From assembly GCA_001816835.1 (NCBI GenBank), contig MHDB01000020.1:23523-64607 (forward strand): DNA of 41,085 nucleotides. Direction: 5' to 3'. The DNA comes from Candidatus Woykebacteria bacterium RIFCSPLOWO2_01_FULL_43_14. GTDB taxonomy: Bacteria > Patescibacteriota > Microgenomatia > Woykebacterales > 2-01-FULL-43-14. Below are positions 9,618 through 19,336 of the stretch, in pieces. The first letter of the stretch is position 1; each line of letters begins with the position of its first letter. Made by a program: the position numbers and the translations under genes. The notes under the pieces are model-generated. The model made no database searches and was not told where the DNA came from. It worked only from the letters and a program-made list of their open reading frames with translations.

Positions 9618-9667
9618 AATGCACATCCCCCTTCGCAGGTAGCTTCGGAGGGATTGCGCTGAAGCGC

Positions 9668-9700
9668 AAAAAGAAACCCCTGGTGTAATCCACCAAGGGT
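9668..9700 (-). terminator. intrinsic terminator after purC
   Basis: ACCCTTGGTG-loop-CACCAGGGGT followed by TTCTTTTT. Confidence 0.7.
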
Positions 9701-10689
9701 CAAACAAGTACTAGTTCTATATCGGTAAGTCTGCTTAAAGCCTCTATGTACTTAGAGATGGTCTGAACGACTACCTCATCAGGTAACGTAGGCATGGGCG
9801 GAGTTCTGTCCCAACCAAGCCGACTCAAAAAATCTCTCACGAATTGCTTATCATAGCTTGGAGGAGAGGTCCCTGGCTGGTAATCCACCGGCCAAAAACG
9901 GCTGCTGTCAGGGGTAAAAAACTCATCTACCAAAATCAAATGTCTATGGACCCCAAAAACCGGAGTTGACTCCCACCCAGGGGTTAACCCAAACTCCATT
10001 TTAGTATCGGCAATGTTAATGCCTCTTTGCGACGCGTACCTAGTACATCCTTCTACCAACTCAAGGCCAATCCTTCTAATGGCTGCACTTAACCTAACAC
10101 CTTTATAAGTGGGGATGCTGTGCATTTCTTTTAGAATTCCAGGCACACGACTTGGATGAACATTCTGATCGTGACCACTATCAGCTTTAGTCGAAGGGGT
10201 GTAAATAGGGTTGGTAAACTGATCGCCTTCCACCATCCCCTTTCTCACTCTCATGCCACAAACAGTACCTTTCTTTCTATACTCAATTAAAGCCGAACCA
10301 GTAAGAAGGTTACGGAAAATGGCTTCTATTTTCAGAACCGGGGCTACTCTCCTCACTATCGAGGTTCGCCAGGCCAAATCCGGATGGTAATCTCCATCCC
10401 CTTTCAGGACTCTGACAAAGTGGGTCGCGACATCGTTCCTTGCCTTACCAAACCAAAATGCTGACATTAGATTCAGGACCACTCCCTTACCTGGAATTGG
10501 TTGACTCGATACCACATCAAAGGCGCTTAGCCGATCGGTACACACCATATGGTAGTAATCGGGGTCGCCATCAACCTCATAAGTCTCTCTTACCTTACCT
10601 ATGTGTACCAAGCGCCAGGTGGAAGGGACAATATCTCGAACAGTGTATCGAGGCGTCGCTGGAATCCTCGCAATAGTCAAGTTACTCAC
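9700..10689 (-). CDS. purC: phosphoribosylaminoimidazolesuccinocarboxamide (SAICAR) synthase
   Basis: GKVRE, TDRLSAFD, IPGKG, TPSTKA..GHD, ADTKMEFG, DE..TPDSSRFW and SYDKQFVRD motifs. Confidence 0.93.
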   Translation of the reverse strand: MSNLTIARIPATPRYTVRDIVPSTWRLVHIGKVRETYEVDGDPDYYHMVCTDRLSAFDVVSSQPIPGKGVVLNLMSAFWFGKARNDVATHFVRVLKGDGDYHPDLAWRTSIVRRVAPVLKIEAIFRNLLTGSALIEYRKKGTVCGMRVRKGMVEGDQFTNPIYTPSTKADSGHDQNVHPSRVPGILKEMHSIPTYKGVRLSAAIRRIGLELVEGCTRYASQRGINIADTKMEFGLTPGWESTPVFGVHRHLILVDEFFTPDSSRFWPVDYQPGTSPPSYDKQFVRDFLSRLGWDRTPPMPTLPDEVVVQTISKYIEALSRLTDIELVLV

Positions 10690-11302
10690 CTACCGCTGCA
10701 AAGGCGTGGCCAATGACTTTTGCCTTCCTAGTTGGTTCTGGTAAGTGTCCAAGAACCCACGCATGAATCTCATCCTGGTCACTCAAAGCAGCCCTCACAC
10801 GCTCCGCGAAATTTGACCAAGACTCATCCTCCGCTTTGACTGAAATAGTTCCCGCCAAATCACTCGGCAAGACAGTCATCGCCTCAACCGCGATCCTCCG
10901 CAGCTCTGGTGTATCCCCAAGACCAACCCCAAAGATCGGGATCGTTTTACCTAAAGAGTTTAGCCATGCCCGCAGCATCGCCGGTAGTTGGAGGGACAAA
11001 CCCCCGGCTGCAACTACACAGGTGTTTACTGGTAGCGCACAGGCAAGGGCAAAAAGCAGAGCGGGATGACGATGGGCGCTCATAATCACAGTCACTTTTA
11101 TCTCTTGCAACAACAAGCGACTCAGCTCTTCCACTCTAGGTAGATCACTCTCACTACCTAAAAGTAGTATCAACCGTGAGTCAGGTAAAACGCTCCGCAA
11201 ATGCTCTAAGAATCTACCGTCCGACTCTGCACACAGAACAAGCTCATAAACTTGGGCGACATACGGAGGTTGATACATTACCCCGCTAAATTGACCACTC
11301 AT
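10682..11302 (-). CDS. purE: divergent PurE-like (AIR carboxylase / N5-CAIR mutase family) protein
   Basis: GSESDL and SAHR motifs, degenerate AGG...LP loop, P.FGV; overlaps the purC start. Start set at the ATG following GGGAAGGGAAGAG. Confidence 0.7.
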   Translation of the reverse strand: MSGQFSGVMYQPPYVAQVYELVLCAESDGRFLEHLRSVLPDSRLILLLGSESDLPRVEELSRLLLQEIKVTVIMSAHRHPALLFALACALPVNTCVVAAGGLSLQLPAMLRAWLNSLGKTIPIFGVGLGDTPELRRIAVEAMTVLPSDLAGTISVKAEDESWSNFAERVRAALSDQDEIHAWVLGHLPEPTRKAKVIGHAFAAVGE

Positions 11303-11365
11303 AGCTCTTCCCTTCCCAGTTATTTCTGTCCAAAACAAACCCAGTTGTCCCGACAGTTGTAAACA

Positions 11366-11394
11366 ATACTATCAGCATTATTGGTTTAGTGCAA
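11366..11394 (-). promoter_or_regulatory. promoter of purE-purC
   Basis: TTGCAC-17bp-TAGTAT with extended -10 TG. Confidence 0.5.
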
Positions 11395-11403
11395 ACCTTA
11401 AAT

Positions 11404-11432
11404 TTGACATTTGGCTCTATTGATGCTATACT
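11404..11432 (+). promoter_or_regulatory. near-consensus sigma70 promoter of a candidate sRNA
   Basis: TTGACA-17bp-TATACT with extended -10 TGc. Confidence 0.75.
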
Positions 11433-11437
11433 AATAA

Positions 11438-11517
11438 GCGATCTCTCTCCTTTCTTCCGGAATGGGGCCAAAATTAGTCCCATTCCAAGGTAAAAGGCCC
11501 CGCAAGGGGCCTTTTAC
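11438..11517 (+). ncRNA. candidate ~80-nt sRNA: CU-rich 5' tract, hairpin, terminator
   Basis: Lies between a strong promoter and a terminator with no credible ORF; hairpin GGAATGGGGC-CAAAATTA-GTCCCATTCC. Confidence 0.6.
11490..11517. terminator. bidirectional intrinsic terminator
   Basis: Perfect inverted repeat GTAAAAGGCCCC-GCAA-GGGGCCTTTTAC. Confidence 0.85.
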
Positions 11518-11551
11518 TGTTGTATGCCAAAATATTTAAATCTTGACTAAA

Positions 11552-12607
11552 TCATTTATCCTTTCCACTGAGCTTTTGATAGTAATCCAATCCGACTACG
11601 ACTACTATATCGCCTCTTTTGCCTTCTTCCGGAGTTCGCGTAACCACTTCTCCGTCAAAAAGGTAAGCAAGTCGAGCAGAAGTCTTAGGCTTAGAATTGT
11701 AATCGATGATCAAGGTTTTCCCAACATTATCTAATTCCGCGTTATCGACAGCGACCACCTCTACACCTAAATTGGAAACAAGCCGGCTAGCCCGAGTAGC
11801 TAAACCTGGCTTACCTGTACCATTTCTTATCTCCACCCTACTCGCTTCTTTTTCTATCTCCGGATCGTTAAACACAGATGATACAAAGTTGTCAAATTGG
11901 TCCCTTTGCAAAACCATATGGTCTAAACCCTGATCCTTAGTTTGTTGATAATAATCTGGTCCCAGCTCAACGTAGTTATATTTATCACTTCGGACTTGCC
12001 ACAACTTCTGATAGACCTTGAACAGCTTGGACAAAGGGATATTTGTTCGACTATCCTCACTCAGAAAGTTCCCCAGTCTGAATATTTTCCAAAGATTACC
12101 TAACCCAGTAAGCTCCTTCTTAAGCCCTAAGAGTCTGTCTTTTTCCAGCCTCTCTTCATCTAAATAGAAATATCCGTCTAGGGGCAACCCTAATGTATCC
12201 GCGACGGACTCATAGAAAATATCAATCCCTTTTGGATCCACCTGAAAATCACCCTTGCTAAAGGCAGAGCAAAGGCAGTCAGAACCAAAGCCGTAGGCCA
12301 GATTGGTATAAATATTGGGATTAACTGAAACAAAATCCACTTCTTGCTCTTCGGGGTCGAAGGTGGCAATGACCAACTTATTGACTTGTCTAGCCTCACT
12401 CAAACTAAAAAGTAGATAGTTAGCCCGCCTAGAGGGGTTAAAAGACCCTTCTCTTACTTCTGTACTGTCGTAACCAAAAATTGCCTGGGTAAAGAACTTA
12501 TTTATATTAGAAATGTTTAGAACTAAATTAAAAATGGCAAAAGCACACGCTACTACCAGGAAATAAAAAAGTTTGGTTTTATTCCCTGTTCTGGATAGGC
12601 CAAACAT
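11552..12607 (-). CDS. LCP (LytR-CpsA-Psr)-like protein with LytR C-terminal domain
   Basis: N-terminal TM, degenerate LCP core, C-terminal VEIRNGTGKPGLA...DIVVVVGLDY. Confidence 0.8.
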   Translation of the reverse strand: MFGLSRTGNKTKLFYFLVVACAFAIFNLVLNISNINKFFTQAIFGYDSTEVREGSFNPSRRANYLLFSLSEARQVNKLVIATFDPEEQEVDFVSVNPNIYTNLAYGFGSDCLCSAFSKGDFQVDPKGIDIFYESVADTLGLPLDGYFYLDEERLEKDRLLGLKKELTGLGNLWKIFRLGNFLSEDSRTNIPLSKLFKVYQKLWQVRSDKYNYVELGPDYYQQTKDQGLDHMVLQRDQFDNFVSSVFNDPEIEKEASRVEIRNGTGKPGLATRASRLVSNLGVEVVAVDNAELDNVGKTLIIDYNSKPKTSARLAYLFDGEVVTRTPEEGKRGDIVVVVGLDYYQKLSGKDK

Positions 12608-12618
12608 AGGTGGAAAAC

Positions 12619-12837
12619 TTAGCTAGGAGTTTTGCCAGTTAGTTTTAGGGCCAAATAAACTATGGCAAAAACGCCAAAAACAAAAGCGAATATATCTTGA
12701 TCTATCGGAACAATAATCAGCTTAAGGGTGGAAACAATTAGCCCAAGCAACATGACTACGAAAACAACATCTAAAAACTTACTATACGATGGGGACATTG
12801 GAAAAGGGGTGCTCGATCGGGATTTGGCAGATTTCAT
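12619..12837 (-). CDS. small two-TM membrane protein
   Basis: AGGAGG RBS, two hydrophobic helices, directly upstream of the LCP gene. Confidence 0.6.
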   Translation of the reverse strand: MKSAKSRSSTPFPMSPSYSKFLDVVFVVMLLGLIVSTLKLIIVPIDQDIFAFVFGVFAIVYLALKLTGKTPS

Positions 12838-12920
12838 TTATAAGTATCCTCCTATTGTTACAACATAACACAGCTATTATTAAGTATCAAGTACCGCAAT
12901 ATTTCTCAAGTAAACAGCTC

Positions 12921-14156
<1,236 letters not shown>

Positions 14157-14190
14157 CTAACAGTTTGGGTGATAAAGACCAAAATGGTTA

Positions 14191-14538
14191 TTACTTTTGT
14201 CGAACTTTGGAAAAAATAGGCGTCGTGGAAATTCTAGTCAATAGCTCAAAGTCATCGTCCCCTGCAATACGATTGTACCGCTCAAATCCGCACTGCTCAC
14301 ACTTATGTACAACCACATACTCCCCACTCCGTCTAGTAAAAACGCCAATTGGTTTCATTAAGCCGCCGCAATCGCTTAATCTATCCCCAGGAACGTCGCC
14401 ATCAACATGTTTGGAATATAAACAATGGGGGCAATGGTTTCGATAACTCCCTCCATATTTGATTTGCTCAACACTCTTAGTACAGTTTCCACAAACAAAA
14501 GTTTCATTTCTGGCAATAAAGTTTTTTTTGATATTCAT
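14191..14538 (-). CDS. RNHCP domain protein
   Basis: F.C..C, RNHCPHCLYSKHVD, PGDR...CGG.M, H.C..CG. Confidence 0.9.
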   Translation of the reverse strand: MNIKKNFIARNETFVCGNCTKSVEQIKYGGSYRNHCPHCLYSKHVDGDVPGDRLSDCGGLMKPIGVFTRRSGEYVVVHKCEQCGFERYNRIAGDDDFELLTRISTTPIFSKVRQK

Positions 14539-14547
14539 GTCTTTATT

Positions 14548-16245
14548 TTAGAGGTAGTGGTCAAGCACTCTTTCTTGGAGATGCTCTATTTCTCGCTGTC
14601 TTACTTTACGCAAATCTTTTTTGTCTTCCACCTTACCTAGAATAATGTTAGCTAAGTGCTCGCCACCCGAGATATGCGGTATCACCACATAATCAGCTCC
14701 CTGAGCATATAGGGCTAGAGCGTCCTTTTCCTCCTGCGCAGTCAATATCACCATTATCTTAGGGTTCAGTATTTTGGAATCTTTAAGGAGGGCAAGATTT
14801 TCTTCCAACTTTTCAATGGTTGAAACCACCATCTTGGCGTGCTCAAGACTTAAGTGTTCTAACACTTCCGGGTCAGAGGCATCACCGAAAAAAGCTTTTA
14901 AACCACGCTCCTCCAATCTCTTCACAATCTCGGGATCAAAATCTAGCACTACGAAATTAAGTTCCGCCGTACTAAAAGCCTTAAGTAAGCTGTTGCCCAT
15001 CCGTCTGCACCCCACCAAAACAATATGGTCCTTTAACACCTCATTACCTATTGGGGTTAACCCATGGGCCCCTACTTTCTCAAAGTTCTTGAGTAGCGGA
15101 GAAAGTCTATAATAAAGCCTCCGGGCGTTAGATATTGCGTATGAAGAAACAGAAATAGTAATCAAGCCAACCAAGGTAACAAGTGCAACGATGTCTGTTC
15201 CTAAGTGCCCAAGTTTAACCCCAAGGGCCACGATAATTAAAGAGAATTCAGACACCTGTCCCACAGTGATACTGGTCAAAAAAGACGTCCGATTCCGAAA
15301 GTCCATATTCCGCATGATAAACATCACGATCAGTGACTTGCCCACCAAAACAAGCACTGAGAATAAAATTACCGGCACCACGTAATTAGCGATCTCGCCT
15401 AAATTAATACTCAAACCCAAAACAACAAAAAATATCACAATAAAAAGGTCTCGAAGAGGTCTAATTTTGGCACTAATTTGCCAATTATGAGCCGAAGTTG
15501 CGAGTGCCAACCCAGCCAAGAAAGAACCTATCTCAACTGAAAAACCCAGATACCTAGCCAAAGAAGCCCACATAAAACACCAGGTCAAGGCACCTAAGAA
15601 AAGTAGCTCGTTATTATGGGCAAATCTGGTAAATATAGGTGGGATAAGCCGCTTTGAAAAAAGAAGGGTTAAGTACAAAAGGAAAACACCCTTCACTAAA
15701 ATCCAAGGGAAGGTAAAGATATTTACTGATTGACCACTTTCGAACCCAGACAAGAATATGAGTATTAAAAGGGCGACGAAGTCTTGGACAAGTAGAAACC
15801 CAATGGCCACTCGACCGTGCAAAGAATTAGTCTCGTTCTTTTCTGATAAAAGTTTGACCACGATTATGGTACTACTGAAAGCCAGGGCAAGCGCCAAATA
15901 AATCGAAACTACCAGGTTAAACCCCAAAACTAAGGCAATCAGTAGTCCAGTTAAGGTACTAAAAGCCATCTGACCTAGGCCCGTGTACAAGGATACTTTA
16001 CCAACGCTTTTTAGTTGCCTAACTGAGAGCTCAATCCCAACCAGAAACAACAAAAATGTAACACCAATCTCCCCAAGCAAGGCAAAAAAGTCTTTGTGCT
16101 CAGGACGGATCACCCCTATCAATGCAAGAAGCAAACCAGCGAAAATGTAGGCGATAACTAAGGGTTGCTTGAGAATCCTAGCGAGAACTCCTAAAGCAGT
16201 AGCGGATAGTAAGACTAGTCCAATTTCTAAAAATAGTGTATCCAT
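14548..16245 (-). CDS. CPA2 cation:proton antiporter with C-terminal TrkA-N (KefB/KefC-like)
   Basis: About 12 TM segments; FLLFLVGIEL, SSTIIVVKLL and LLVQD motifs; Rossmann-like VG..RMG...GDA domain. Confidence 0.92.
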   Translation of the reverse strand: MDTLFLEIGLVLLSATALGVLARILKQPLVIAYIFAGLLLALIGVIRPEHKDFFALLGEIGVTFLLFLVGIELSVRQLKSVGKVSLYTGLGQMAFSTLTGLLIALVLGFNLVVSIYLALALAFSSTIIVVKLLSEKNETNSLHGRVAIGFLLVQDFVALLILIFLSGFESGQSVNIFTFPWILVKGVFLLYLTLLFSKRLIPPIFTRFAHNNELLFLGALTWCFMWASLARYLGFSVEIGSFLAGLALATSAHNWQISAKIRPLRDLFIVIFFVVLGLSINLGEIANYVVPVILFSVLVLVGKSLIVMFIMRNMDFRNRTSFLTSITVGQVSEFSLIIVALGVKLGHLGTDIVALVTLVGLITISVSSYAISNARRLYYRLSPLLKNFEKVGAHGLTPIGNEVLKDHIVLVGCRRMGNSLLKAFSTAELNFVVLDFDPEIVKRLEERGLKAFFGDASDPEVLEHLSLEHAKMVVSTIEKLEENLALLKDSKILNPKIMVILTAQEEKDALALYAQGADYVVIPHISGGEHLANIILGKVEDKKDLRKVRQREIEHLQERVLDHYL

Positions 16246-16284
16246 CTGGCAGTTCTAAATTATCTTAGGCAAAGAAATTCTAAT

Positions 16285-17181
16285 TTACTCTAATTTATCC
16301 AAAATGGTTCTTAGCTCACGCGGTAAGGGGGCCTGGAATATCAATTTTTCCCCACTACTTGGCTGCTTGAAACTTAGCTCTTGAGAGTGCAAAAACTGTC
16401 TTTCTAACCCAAAAATGTTACTGCTATGACCATAAGTCTTATCCCCTACCAATGGGTGGCCAATGGAGGCTAGATGAACTCGAATTTGATGAGTTCTTCC
16501 GGTCAAAGGTTGCACTTCTACTAAACTAAACTGACCATAACTTTTTACTTTTTTATAGTCTGTCTGTGCCTCTTTGCCGCCCTGGGTAGTAGCAAACTTC
16601 TGTCTGTTTTTCGGATGACGACCGATTGGTTTATTGACACTCCCAGAATCTTTATCCAGCTTACCTTCAACTAAACAAAGATAAACTTTCTTAACTACCC
16701 TTTCCTGAAACTGTTTTTTAAGGGCAGTCTCCGAGAGCTGATTCTTGGCTACGACCATGACACCTGATGTATCTTTGTCCAACCGATGGACAATCCCGAT
16801 CCTTAAGTCTGAAGACGGAAGAGCTTTTAAATGATAAAGAATCGCGTTAACCAAAGTTCCTCCCGGGTGCCCAGCTGCCGGGTGGACCACCAAACCCGCA
16901 GGCTTGTTTATGACCAAACAATCTTGATCTTCGTAAATAATATCTAGAGGGATATTTTCTCCCACTACTCGGGTAGGTAGGTCACTAGGGATAATTCCTT
17001 TAATAACATCGTTTTTTGCTAGCCGATAGCTTGGCGTGACTTTTTTACTACTGACTGTAATCAGCCCTAAGTTTATTAACTTTTTTATCCTGGACCGAGA
17101 GACCCCAACATCAGATTGGCTAAGATACTTATCTAGTCTATCTTCACCATGAGCCTTTATTTCGAAACTACTGCTTTCCAT
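16285..17181 (-). CDS. rluD: RluA-family pseudouridine synthase with S4 domain
   Basis: RLDKYL S4 domain, NKPAGLVVHP, HRLDKDTSG, GRTHQIRVH. Confidence 0.93.
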   Translation of the reverse strand: MESSSFEIKAHGEDRLDKYLSQSDVGVSRSRIKKLINLGLITVSSKKVTPSYRLAKNDVIKGIIPSDLPTRVVGENIPLDIIYEDQDCLVINKPAGLVVHPAAGHPGGTLVNAILYHLKALPSSDLRIGIVHRLDKDTSGVMVVAKNQLSETALKKQFQERVVKKVYLCLVEGKLDKDSGSVNKPIGRHPKNRQKFATTQGGKEAQTDYKKVKSYGQFSLVEVQPLTGRTHQIRVHLASIGHPLVGDKTYGHSSNIFGLERQFLHSQELSFKQPSSGEKLIFQAPLPRELRTILDKLE

Positions 17182-17566
17182 CCTTGGATCTCGTTAGAAA
17201 GACCTTCACCTCATGTAAAACTTGATCCGGTGTCATTGCTGATTTAATTAGGTAACCACTCGCTCCTAAGCTAAAACCCTGTTTAATAATCGCGTCCTGC
17301 CCTAAGTTGGTCAGCAAAACTACAGGCCCATTGGGCACCTTAGGAGAGGTAGTTTTTAGCTCTGTCAGGATTTCGAGACCATCCTTTTTTGGAAGCATAA
17401 TATCAAGAAGCACCAAGTCATAACCGCCATTTAACATTTTCGCCAAACCATCCTCGCCATCAGCACTAGTTTCTACTTCATAACCCTCATCGTTTAAGAG
17501 TTCCTGATAGAGCTCGCGCAGGAACTGGTCATCCTCAACTACTAATATTTTTCCTGAACTAGCCAT
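17168..17566 (-). CDS. single-domain response regulator (receiver)
   Basis: ILVVEDD, DLVLLDIMLP..DG, LTN, YLIK. Confidence 0.93.
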   Translation of the reverse strand: MASSGKILVVEDDQFLRELYQELLNDEGYEVETSADGEDGLAKMLNGGYDLVLLDIMLPKKDGLEILTELKTTSPKVPNGPVVLLTNLGQDAIIKQGFSLGASGYLIKSAMTPDQVLHEVKVFLTRSKDGKQ

Positions 17567-17605
17567 AAATAAACCACCTCCGTCCCCCGATTTACGGGAT
17601 AAAAT

Positions 17606-18034
17606 CTAAAACTCACTAACAGATTTCAGATTTCGGATATTAATATTATGGTAGCTTAAAAGAAATAAAGAAGCAATGATACCTAGATCAGAGGCATTTA
17701 CTTTTGAGAAAAAAAGCGGGATATAATCAATTACTCCCCCATAAACCAAACGATCCAGGGTATTTGAGAGCCCACCGCCAATAAACAATGAGGTGATTAG
17801 TAAACTCAAGGGGGTGATTTTCGATAAACACCACCTTAGGAGGATAACCGAACTCAGTAAATAAACAAAAATTGATAAATACCAAACTTCAGGCAAAATA
17901 CCAAACATTAGCCCACTATTCAGCGTGTAACTAAAGAGGCCTTTTACAGCCAGATGTTTTAAAAAGTGGTCTGTGAAACCAAGGCAAACAGGGATAAGTA
18001 CTGCCGCTAGTTGCTTTTTTCGCAATCCATACAT
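17606..18034 (-). CDS. lspA: signal peptidase II (start uncertain, 18025-18088)
   Basis: D...K, N.G..FG, GG.SN..DR...GGVIDYI and N.SD motifs; TM helices. Confidence 0.8.
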   Translation of the reverse strand: MYGLRKKQLAAVLIPVCLGFTDHFLKHLAVKGLFSYTLNSGLMFGILPEVWYLSIFVYLLSSVILLRWCLSKITPLSLLITSLFIGGGLSNTLDRLVYGGVIDYIPLFFSKVNASDLGIIASLFLLSYHNINIRNLKSVSEF

Positions 18035-18342
18035 AATTGGGCTGTAGGCATGACGCTCAATCTTTCCTCTGATATTTGGGTACCGCATTTAGTGCAAATA
18101 CCGTAAGTCCCCTGATACACTCTTTCCAAAGCGTTATTTAGCTTACCCAATTGAGCAACTAACTCATTCTTGGCTGCCGTAATACGATCATGTCCTTCGT
18201 TTTCAGTAATATCATCATCTAAAGTTGAGGTCATATCCCTATCTTCAGTCAAGAAAGGGTCCTCAGATTGATAGTACTTTATCTGCTTTTCCAGATTTTC
18301 TTTTTCTCTGATTAGATTTTCCTTAATCTTTTCGATTTCCAT
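18007..18342 (-). CDS. DksA/TraR C4 zinc-finger protein
   Basis: Coiled coil plus GTYGICTKCG..I..ERL...P.A.LC..C. Confidence 0.9.
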   Translation of the reverse strand: MEIEKIKENLIREKENLEKQIKYYQSEDPFLTEDRDMTSTLDDDITENEGHDRITAAKNELVAQLGKLNNALERVYQGTYGICTKCGTQISEERLSVMPTAQLCMDCEKSN

Positions 18343-19240
18343 ATTTTCTCCTTAAGTTTGATAGTGTTTTTCCAAACCGGCTCAGCCAACGCTTAGATTT
18401 TTTACCCACATCGCTTTTTCTAGTATCCAGTAAGTTGCCAAAATCCCGTGCAATATCTCTGATAACTTCGCTTTTTCCAAGTACGCTCTTAAGCTCCTGA
18501 GCTCCCAAAACCGTCGATTTGTAGAACCAGTATAATCCAAGGAGGCCAATTATGGCAAGTACAGCCCCTCCCCAAAACCCTTCCTTCATGTTTAAAATCA
18601 GAGTCCGGTTATCCCTAAAAAGCTCAGTAAAAATCCTCGCCAAACCGCTCAAAAGCAGGAAAATATAAAACACACCACCGCTCTTACTTTTGGCGCGATA
18701 GTAACGCAGTAAATAGAGATATATAAAGAACATTAAAATCAATTCATATATGGGAGAGGGATGACGCCGCCCGATAATACCTGGGATATGGACAGCGAAT
18801 GGTAAATTAGAAACAACGCCGTAGTCATCCCCATTTAAGAAACTTCCGATTTTCCCGATTATTATTCCCAAACTCAAAGCCAAAACGCCAAAATCGGCCA
18901 CTTGAAGGAGGGGCCACTTGTTCTTTTTAGTAAACCACCAAAGTCCGACAAAGCCACCTATCAGCGCGCCATGTAATGACAGCCCACCCTCCCAAACCTT
19001 GAAGACGGACGAAAATCGGTCAGCGTAGTCCGACCAATTAGTAATAACCTGGTAAACTCTAGCCCCTAAAAACCCAAAAATAATAGTCGTCACTGACAAA
19101 TCCAGAAGCTTTTCTTCGTTGTAACCTTGCTTTTGCCCTTCTCTCCAGAGAATAAAAGTGCCTGCCAAAAAGGCTAGCACCAAAAAAACTCCATAAGAAC
19201 GGATTTGAATTGGACCTAAGTTAATTAAAATTGGCATCAT
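18323..19240 (-). CDS. lgt: prolipoprotein diacylglyceryl transferase
   Basis: LGP..IRSYG, GAR..., WEGGLSLHG, HPS.IYE, R...E.FR. Confidence 0.88.
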   Translation of the reverse strand: MMPILINLGPIQIRSYGVFLVLAFLAGTFILWREGQKQGYNEEKLLDLSVTTIIFGFLGARVYQVITNWSDYADRFSSVFKVWEGGLSLHGALIGGFVGLWWFTKKNKWPLLQVADFGVLALSLGIIIGKIGSFLNGDDYGVVSNLPFAVHIPGIIGRRHPSPIYELILMFFIYLYLLRYYRAKSKSGGVFYIFLLLSGLARIFTELFRDNRTLILNMKEGFWGGAVLAIIGLLGLYWFYKSTVLGAQELKSVLGKSEVIRDIARDFGNLLDTRKSDVGKKSKRWLSRFGKTLSNLRRKYGNRKD

Positions 19241-19250
19241 ATCTGTATTT

Positions 19251-19336
19251 AGGTTATGGGTTATAGTTTATAGGTAATAGGAAAAAGTCACTAAAACCTA
19301 CAACCTACAACCTGTAACCTCTACCACCTACAACCT
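19251..19336. repeat. inverted heptamer tandem array, (AGGTTRT)n...(AACCTAC)n
   Basis: AGGTTAT GGGTTAT AGTTTAT AGGTAAT AGG, spacer, AACCTAC AACCTAC AACCTGT AACCTCT...; a second copy lies at 25308-25377. Confidence 0.8.

Noticed and set aside
9326..9707. ORFs 9326-9703 and 9483-9707
   Set aside because: They run through a terminator and REP-like palindromes (the PACRQ-type translation comes from the repeat) and are probably spurious.
11303..11365. Purine, ZTP or PRPP riboswitch ahead of purE
   Set aside because: The predicted leader is only about 55 nt and shows no aptamer consensus I can recognise.
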